Positions 26,345 to 32,000 of a stretch of DNA of 32,000 nt are shown piece after piece; the stretch's first letter is position 1, and every line of letters starts with the position of its first letter. The DNA is taken from positions 5,940,001 through 5,972,000 of the forward strand of contig NZ_CP074694.1 of the NCBI RefSeq assembly GCF_018398935.1, read 5' to 3'. Under the pieces are notes generated by a model. That model was not told the DNA's origin. It was given only the letters and a program-made list of their open reading frames with translations, and ran no database searches. Position numbers and translations under genes: made by a program. This stretch comes from Telmatocola sphagniphila. Lineage in GTDB: Bacteria > Planctomycetota > Planctomycetia > Gemmatales > Gemmataceae.

Positions 26345-27433
26345 ATGAATCGTCTCAAAGAACTTAGCAAACTCGGACAATCGGTCTGGTTGGATTACAT
26401 CAAACGCAGCTCAGTTCGCAACGGCGAACTCGCCAACATCATCAAGGAAGATGGACTGGGTGGGGTCACCTCCAATCCGGCCATCTTCGAAAAAGCTTTC
26501 AGCGGCAGCACCGATTACGTCGAAGCCCTGGCTGGTCTGGCGAATCGCAAGGATCTCGACACCAAAGGGGCTTTCGAAATCCTTGCGGTCGAAGATATCC
26601 AGGGCGCCTGCGATCTGCTCAAGCCGGTCTATGACAAGACGGCCTGTCGCGATGGTTATGTGAGTCTGGAAGTGGCGCCGACTCTGGCCAACGATACCGC
26701 CGGGACGCTGGCGGAAGCCCGCCGTCTTTGGAAGATGGTCGGTCGACCGAACCTGATGATCAAAGTCCCGGCCACCAATGAAGGCATCCCGGCTTTCAAG
26801 CAACTGATTTCCGAAGGCATCAACATCAACGTCACGTTGTTGTTCGATGTGGCCTACTACGAGAGGGTAGCCCTCGCTTACATCGAAGGATTGGAAGCGC
26901 ATCATCAAGCGGGCGGCGATCTGAAGAAAATGGCCAGCGTCGCCAGTTTCTTTGTGAGCCGCATCGATTCCTCGGTCGATGCCCTGACGGCCAAGAACCC
27001 CGAAGCGGCCAAGTTCTTTGGCAAAGTGGCTATCGCCAATGCGAAAGTAGCTTACCAGAGCTACAAGAAGATTTTCGCGGGCCCGCGCTGGAGCAAGCTG
27101 GCGGCGGCCGGTGCCCAAACCCAACGAGTTCTCTGGGCCAGCACGGGAACCAAGAGCCCGAAACTGAAAGACACTCTTTATGTGGAAGAGTTGATCGGCC
27201 CCGATACGGTGAATACGATTCCCCCAGCCACTTTCGATGCCTTCCGCGATCATGGCGTCGTAGCCCTGACACTCGAAAAGGATGTGGACGCCGCTTATAA
27301 GACCCTACAAGAGCTGGAGACGGCGGGAATTTCCCTAAAGAAAATCACCGATGATCTTCTGGTCGATGGGGTGAAACTGTTCGCCGATGCGTTCGTGAAA
27401 CTGCTGGCCGCGGTGCAGAAAGCCCGGGGATAG
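26345..27433 (+). CDS. tal: Transaldolase
   Basis: GQSVWLDYI, GVTSNPAIFEKA, and the Schiff-base Lys context LMIKVPAT. GGAG RBS upstream. Confidence 0.93.
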   Translation: MNRLKELSKLGQSVWLDYIKRSSVRNGELANIIKEDGLGGVTSNPAIFEKAFSGSTDYVEALAGLANRKDLDTKGAFEILAVEDIQGACDLLKPVYDKTACRDGYVSLEVAPTLANDTAGTLAEARRLWKMVGRPNLMIKVPATNEGIPAFKQLISEGININVTLLFDVAYYERVALAYIEGLEAHHQAGGDLKKMASVASFFVSRIDSSVDALTAKNPEAAKFFGKVAIANAKVAYQSYKKIFAGPRWSKLAAAGAQTQRVLWASTGTKSPKLKDTLYVEELIGPDTVNTIPPATFDAFRDHGVVALTLEKDVDAAYKTLQELETAGISLKKITDDLLVDGVKLFADAFVKLLAAVQKARG

Positions 27434-27457
27434 CTCGATTTTGCATCATAGGGCTAA

Positions 27458-27512
27458 ATGGGATTTCTATATGGGGTGGTGAGGTAATTCCATTCCCCTA
27501 AACTAATCCCAT
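27458..27512 (+). terminator. Extended imperfect hairpin followed by a T-run, candidate tal terminator
   Basis: ATGGGATT (27458-27465) pairs with AATCCCAT (27505-27512). Inner GGGG/CCCC and TGG/CCA pairs. Followed by AGCTTTTT. Confidence 0.35.
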
Positions 27513-27545
27513 AGCTTTTTACCCCACCATTTTCAAAGGGTTTGC

Positions 27546-27899
27546 ATGCGGCGCACGATGATGAAGTCCAAAATTCACCGGGCGACCGTGACGGAAGCCA
27601 ATCTGGAATACGAAGGCAGCCTGACGATCGATTCCACCCTCCTGAAAGCGGCGGATATTCTGCCGTTTGAAAAAATTCACGTCTGGGATGTGACGAACGG
27701 AGCGCGACTGGTGACTTACGCCATGGAAGGGGCGGCTGGCTCGGGCGTTTGTTGCGTGAACGGAGCAGGAGCGCACCTGATCAAACCCGGGGATCTGGTG
27801 ATTATCGCGACCTATACAACGCTCTCCGAAGCGAAGGCCCGCAAACACCTGCCTACCATCGTATTCGTGAACGAAAAGAATCAGATCAAAACGAAATAA
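27546..27899 (+). CDS. panD: Aspartate 1-decarboxylase
   Basis: [29 protein letters not shown], with the Gly-Ser self-processing site, and a length of 117 aa. Confidence 0.95.
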   Translation: MRRTMMKSKIHRATVTEANLEYEGSLTIDSTLLKAADILPFEKIHVWDVTNGARLVTYAMEGAAGSGVCCVNGAGAHLIKPGDLVIIATYTTLSEAKARKHLPTIVFVNEKNQIKTK

Positions 27900-27946
27900 A
27901 TCGGGTGGTCCGACGCATCAAACCACCCGAACTCTTATTAAGCTAA

Positions 27947-28450
27947 TTACTTAGGCATTGCAACGGGAGCCGGAGCGGGAGCAATAACCGTGGGAGGAAC
28001 GGTCGTCATCGCACCAGCGCAGGGGCTGGAAGCTACACCGTAGACGGGTGCGCCGCAAGGAGCCGGAGCGTAAACTTCGCAGCTGCTCTTCTTCTTGCAG
28101 AGACCGCCGGAGAACAGACCACCGCCGAACAGGCCGCACTTCTTAGCGGGCTTGGCGCAGGGATCGCAAACGGGAGCGGGTGCACAGGGAGCAGCCATCA
28201 TCACCACCGGTGCCGGTGCGCAGGGAGCGGGTGCACAAGCCGGAGCGCAAGGAGCTTCGCAATGGCTCTTCTTGTGTCCCAAGCCGGCGAACAGACCGCC
28301 GCCACCACCGAACAGGCCGCACTTCTTGGGAGCGGGTGCACAAGCCGGTGCGTAGCTCGCAACGACTGGAGTAGCACATCCGGTGCTGGGGTGGCAGTCG
28401 ACTGCGGCAGGAGTGGAACCCATCGTCATCATCAGAATCATGCTGTACAT
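27947..28450 (-). CDS. Secreted Cys/Ala/Pro-rich low-complexity repeat protein
   Basis: 167 aa with a hydrophobic N-terminus. Repeated modules APCAPAP... and KKCGLFGGG(GG)LF.G(L).KKKS.CE occur twice. The DNA-level repeat CCGAACAGGCCGCACTTCTT occurs near 28125 and 28310. Confidence 0.7.
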   Translation of the reverse strand: MYSMILMMTMGSTPAAVDCHPSTGCATPVVASYAPACAPAPKKCGLFGGGGGLFAGLGHKKSHCEAPCAPACAPAPCAPAPVVMMAAPCAPAPVCDPCAKPAKKCGLFGGGLFSGGLCKKKSSCEVYAPAPCGAPVYGVASSPCAGAMTTVPPTVIAPAPAPVAMPK

Positions 28451-28614
28451 CTTGAGGTCCTCAAAAGGTTTTAGAATTAAATGATCACCGCCATGGTAAT
28501 CTTTTTAGAAGCGGTAATTTAGATAATTTGTGGCTAAATTGCAAGCTGCACAAAATAAAAAGTTTGGATTATATCGGATAAATGGGCGAACGTGAGAAGA
28601 TTTGAGGGTAAAAC

Positions 28615-29226
28615 ATGACAAAGCTGGTTCTCGGGACGAAAAACAAGAAAAAACTCACGGAACTTAAGGACTTGCTGGCGGATTTGCCTTTCGAGGTCTT
28701 GGATTTATCGCCTTGGCCGGACGTTCCGGACGTCGAGGAGACCGGTACAACTTTTGAGGAAAATGCCCGGCTGAAAGCCACCGGCTTTGCCCGCTCGGTC
28801 CGGGAATATGTCCTGGCCGAGGACAGCGGACTGGTTGTGCCGGCTCTAAAAGGGGCGCCGGGGGTCTACTCGGCTCGCTACGGTGGTACCCACGGTAACG
28901 ATGCCGCCAATAATACCAGACTACTGGCGGAGCTGAAGGATATCCCGCCCGAAAAGCGGGAAGCCTACTACGTTTGTACGGCCGCTCTAGCCGATCCTGA
29001 AGGTAACGTTCTGGTGGTGACCGAAGGGCGATGCCACGGTCGAATCGTCTCCGATTATCGGGGCGGCGGCGGCTTCGGTTACGATCCGCTCTTTTTGGTT
29101 CCGGAATATCACCAGACCTTCGGAGAATTGAGTCTCCGCGTGAAACAGGCGTTGAGTCATCGGGCCAAGGCCGTCTCCCAGCTCCGGCCGGTGTTGAGAC
29201 GGCTGAGTCAGCAATCGGGGAATTAG
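28615..29226 (+). CDS. rdgB: Non-canonical purine NTP pyrophosphatase (RdgB/HAM1 family)
   Basis: LVLGTKNKKKLTE, EETGTTFEENARLKA, EDSGL, GFGYDPLF, SHRAKA. Confidence 0.92.
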   Translation: MTKLVLGTKNKKKLTELKDLLADLPFEVLDLSPWPDVPDVEETGTTFEENARLKATGFARSVREYVLAEDSGLVVPALKGAPGVYSARYGGTHGNDAANNTRLLAELKDIPPEKREAYYVCTAALADPEGNVLVVTEGRCHGRIVSDYRGGGGFGYDPLFLVPEYHQTFGELSLRVKQALSHRAKAVSQLRPVLRRLSQQSGN

Positions 29227-29253
29227 CGGACTGCGAAATTCTCCCCAGTCAGG

Positions 29254-30201
29254 TTGTGGAGAATGGCAGCCAGCGCTACCTATCAGGAAATCGCTTCCGA
29301 AGTCACCGCCTTCCGCCACTATATGAAGGCGGAACGAGGCATGTCGGATAACACCATTGAAGCCTACGGCCGGGATCTGGACCGCTTCGCCCTCTGGGCC
29401 GCCCAGGGAGTACGGAAGTTCGAGAAGCCGACCCTGACCGAACTCGCCTCCTATCTGCAGTTCCTGAATGAGGAAAAGCTGGCGCCGCCGTCGATTGCCC
29501 GGAATCTGATCGCACTGAAAATGTTTTACCGGTTCCTGAAACTGGAAGAACGCGCCGATGCCAGCACGGTGGAACTGTTACACTCCCCCACCTTATGGGA
29601 GAGGATTCCCCAGGTGCTGTCTCCCCGGCAGGTGGAACAATTGATCCTCGCGCCGGTCGCCGGGGACCGTTTTTTTCTGCGCGATCGGGCTTTACTCGAA
29701 ATTCTGTACGCTACGGGCTGCCGGGCCAGTGAAGTGGTGAATCTGAAACTGAACGATGTGCATCTCGATTCCGCGTTTTGCAAGTGCCAGGGGAAGGGAA
29801 GTAAGGAGCGTATTGTGCCGCTGGGTCGTTCGGCGATTCAGGCTCTGAAGTGCTATCTGGCGACCGACCGACCAAATCTCGGGCCTAGCAATCAGAACGA
29901 TCCGGTATTCATTAGCCGCGGCGGCAAGAAGCTTTCCCGTGAGATGTTGTGGGTGATCGTCAAAAAGTATGTGGTTCGGGCGGGCCTGCATCCGGATACC
30001 AGCCCGCACACGCTTCGCCATAGTTTCGCCACGCACCTGTTATCGGGAGGGGCGGACCTGCGCACGGTGCAGGAACTGCTCGGTCACGCCAGCATCAATA
30101 CCACGCAGTTGTACACTCACGTCGATCATGAACGGCTCCGGAAGATCCACCAGCAGTTTCATCGCCGGGCAGCGCGTCCCGGGAAGGACGCCGGCAAATA
30201 A
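29254..30201 (+). CDS. xerD: XerC/XerD-family site-specific tyrosine recombinase
   Basis: N-terminal SAM-like domain (AERGMSDNTIEAYGRDLDRF). Catalytic motifs ATGCRASE, HTLRHSFATHLL and LGHASINTTQLYTHV. The length is typical of Xer recombinases, not IntI. Confidence 0.88.
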   Translation: MWRMAASATYQEIASEVTAFRHYMKAERGMSDNTIEAYGRDLDRFALWAAQGVRKFEKPTLTELASYLQFLNEEKLAPPSIARNLIALKMFYRFLKLEERADASTVELLHSPTLWERIPQVLSPRQVEQLILAPVAGDRFFLRDRALLEILYATGCRASEVVNLKLNDVHLDSAFCKCQGKGSKERIVPLGRSAIQALKCYLATDRPNLGPSNQNDPVFISRGGKKLSREMLWVIVKKYVVRAGLHPDTSPHTLRHSFATHLLSGGADLRTVQELLGHASINTTQLYTHVDHERLRKIHQQFHRRAARPGKDAGK

Positions 30202-30295
30202 ATCATTTGACTGAATTTTCTTCCCTATCGCTATTGCAGCCAATATACTGACAAGTACCTGAATGTTAAAATTTGTCCAAATAGAGGGTTCGGTC

Positions 30296-31591
30296 ATGGT
30301 GCGTACGGGCGTACTGGGCCTTTGTCTACTGGCTCTAAGCAATGCGGGGTTAGGGGCGGCCGATGCCAAGCCGAGCGAAGAACTCGATAAAAAAGCGCGC
30401 GAGCTGGTTCGCAAGTTAGGCGATCCGGCCTTTCGCAAGCGCGAAGCCGCGGCCAAGGAACTGCTCGCCATGGGCAGTAATAGCCTGCCCGCTTTAGAGG
30501 CTTCGCTTCACGATCCCGATGCGGAAATTCGCGAACGCTGCCAGCAGCTTCTGCCATTGGCCTACGAGGCCGACATGCGCTGGAAGATCATTCAGTTCGG
30601 CGAAGATAAGCTCGGCCAGAAGAACATCTCGCTCCCGGGCTGGAAGAAGTTCTCGCAGATGGCCGGTACCGACGAGAAGGCTCGCAAGTTCTTTACGGAT
30701 ATGATTACGAGCAACGTGGGTCTGCTTCAGCATGTGGAAAGCGATCCCAAGAAGGCCGCGCAGATGTACATGTCGCGCTGTTCCGATTTCGGGAATCAGC
30801 AGGCCAACATGGTTTTCGTGAACATCAATGGCATCGTACAGCGCCAGTATCAGCAACCCCCTCAACCTAAACTGCATGAATTTGCCGCACTTCTATTAGT
30901 GAATTCGGAGCCTAAGGTCGAAGACGCCGTGAACAATGGTGGAGGCAACAACTATTACTCTAATGTGGGTTATCTGCTCTATCAGCCGTACATTCGTACT
31001 TTCCTGAACGATGAAAAAGACGGGGCGATTTTCAAGAAGGTCTTCATGGGCTGGCTGGATGCCCAGATCGAACCCTACCTGACGCCGAGCAAATCTCCCA
31101 ATCGAATGATGTCCAACAATTTGACTTATGCCATGCAAGCGATTCAGAATAATGATTTGAAGGAAGCCGTCGGCTTCGTGGAGAAAGTGGTGGGGCTGAA
31201 GGAATTGCAAGGCTACTGGCGTGGTCAGGCGATCTGTACTCTGGCGAAGTTCAGCGAACCCAAGCATATTAAATTGCTGGAGCCCTTGCTGAAGGATGAA
31301 ACGGTAATCACCACGATCAATTTCGGCGGTGTGAATAACAAACCGATTACGGTTCAGGTTCGCGATGTGGCCCTGGGCATTACCATTCATCTGAAGGGTG
31401 AGAAGCCGGCCAGCTTCGATTTCGACGGCATGAAAGAAGGTCGGTACGGCAACATGGGGAATAATGTTTTTTATCCTTATGCGTTCGGCTTCGAAGATGA
31501 CACGAATCGTAAATCGACGTTTAAGAAGTGGGACGAGTTCGTGGCCAAGAAAGCCAAAGAGGGCGAGAAGAAGAGCGAGCAGAAGAAGTAA
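30296..31591 (+). CDS. Secreted HEAT-repeat-like protein of unknown function
   Basis: The ORF track starts at 30263. The ATG at 30296 has GAGGG 7 nt upstream and begins a signal peptide (MVRTGVLGLCLLALSNA). A HEAT-like segment follows: LGDPAFRKREAAAKELLAMGSNSLPALEASLHDPDAEIRERCQQLL. Lys/Glu-rich tail. Confidence 0.75.
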   Translation: MVRTGVLGLCLLALSNAGLGAADAKPSEELDKKARELVRKLGDPAFRKREAAAKELLAMGSNSLPALEASLHDPDAEIRERCQQLLPLAYEADMRWKIIQFGEDKLGQKNISLPGWKKFSQMAGTDEKARKFFTDMITSNVGLLQHVESDPKKAAQMYMSRCSDFGNQQANMVFVNINGIVQRQYQQPPQPKLHEFAALLLVNSEPKVEDAVNNGGGNNYYSNVGYLLYQPYIRTFLNDEKDGAIFKKVFMGWLDAQIEPYLTPSKSPNRMMSNNLTYAMQAIQNNDLKEAVGFVEKVVGLKELQGYWRGQAICTLAKFSEPKHIKLLEPLLKDETVITTINFGGVNNKPITVQVRDVALGITIHLKGEKPASFDFDGMKEGRYGNMGNNVFYPYAFGFEDDTNRKSTFKKWDEFVAKKAKEGEKKSEQKK

Positions 31592-31767
31592 GCTTGAGTA
31601 GGGGACTGGCGAAAGATGCCTGTCCCCGGATGAGTAAAGCGAGCAGGCCGAATTTTGGGAAGGGCATAGGTGAGCCCATTTCAGGATTCTGCCTGTTGTA
31701 TTTTCGGGGGGGTATCTGTGGAAACTGCAGAGAACACATGGAGAAAACTCAGAGGACTGTCCCCTGA

Positions 31768-31822
31768 GTAGCGGTTAGGGAAGAAGAGTTTTTACCACCG
31801 AGTACACCGAGAGCACTGAGGG
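31768..31822 (+). repeat. Third, dispersed copy of the 5' module of the 176-bp repeat, including (CACNGAGNN)x3
   Basis: GTAGCGGTTAGGGAAGAAGAGTTTTTACCACCGAGTACACCGAGAGCACTGAGGG aligns with AGTGCGGTTGTAGAAAAAAACATTTAACCACCGAGGACACCGAGATCACAGAGAG at 2155-2209 and 2331-2385. Confidence 0.75.
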
Positions 31823-32000
31823 ATATTGGGGGGGAAGTTCGTTTTTTGGTGCTCTGCGTGCCAAGGTGGGTCGAGTCACTTCTGAGATTTTTGAAGAAGC
31901 CCAAGCAGGAAGCGATTGATCTTTCGGTGATGGCCCTATCAGCTTGGTTTGACAAATCTTATGTTTTTTGTTACTAACTCTAGGCAGTAGATCCCCAAGA

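Noticed and set aside
29254-30201. The Xer-like tyrosine recombinase as the integrase of the 3.6-8.6 kb accessory region
   Set aside because: It is more than 20 kb away and separated by housekeeping genes. It has Xer-typical length and motifs and sits next to rdgB, in a housekeeping context. No att-like repeats link it to the island.
1-32000. tRNA, rRNA, tmRNA or known riboswitch genes
   Set aside because: A scan by eye of the intergenic regions for T-loop (GGTTCGAATCC-like) motifs, cloverleaf stems and rRNA signatures found none. This is a weak negative, and tRNAscan-SE and Rfam should be run.

Overview
The window looks like chromosomal DNA from a Planctomycetota-type genome. Supporting evidence: a DUF1559 / H-X9-DG prepilin-like protein, a sulfatase, a Tat-signal Gfo/Idh/MocA oxidoreductase next to a DUF1080 protein, and an ISAzo13-family IS. 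Most of the window (about 8.7-31.6 kb) is ordinary. It holds housekeeping genes (mscL, tal, panD, rdgB, a xerD-like recombinase), typical planctomycete secreted or membrane proteins, and a few orphan genes. The unusual part is about 2.0-8.6 kb. (1) A 2 x 176-bp tandem structured repeat shares its 5' module with a third copy at 31.77 kb. (2) A dense local swarm of five copies of a repeat family, full length about 470 bp, is bounded by imperfect terminal inverted repeats and built from GTGG-CACTGGC-loop-GCCAGTG hairpins. This resembles REP/REPIN or IS200/IS605-derived PATE elements. (3) There is a three-level nested insertion. An ISAzo13-family IS sits inside repeat copy A with a TTA duplication, and paralogous copies B and C show the uninterrupted sequence at that position. 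The IS transposase is itself split by a 79-bp miniature element with perfect 17-bp TIRs and a TCA duplication, and removing it in silico restores one transposase ORF. (4) Between the repeats lie AT-rich small ORFs and gene remnants: a 3' ORF remnant ATGA-coupled to a 104-aa ORF, and an HTH-like ORF start running into a repeat. This suggests a decayed accessory hotspot. I found no tRNA, rRNA or CRISPR array. All functional calls rest on motifs read by eye in the translations. No database search was possible.
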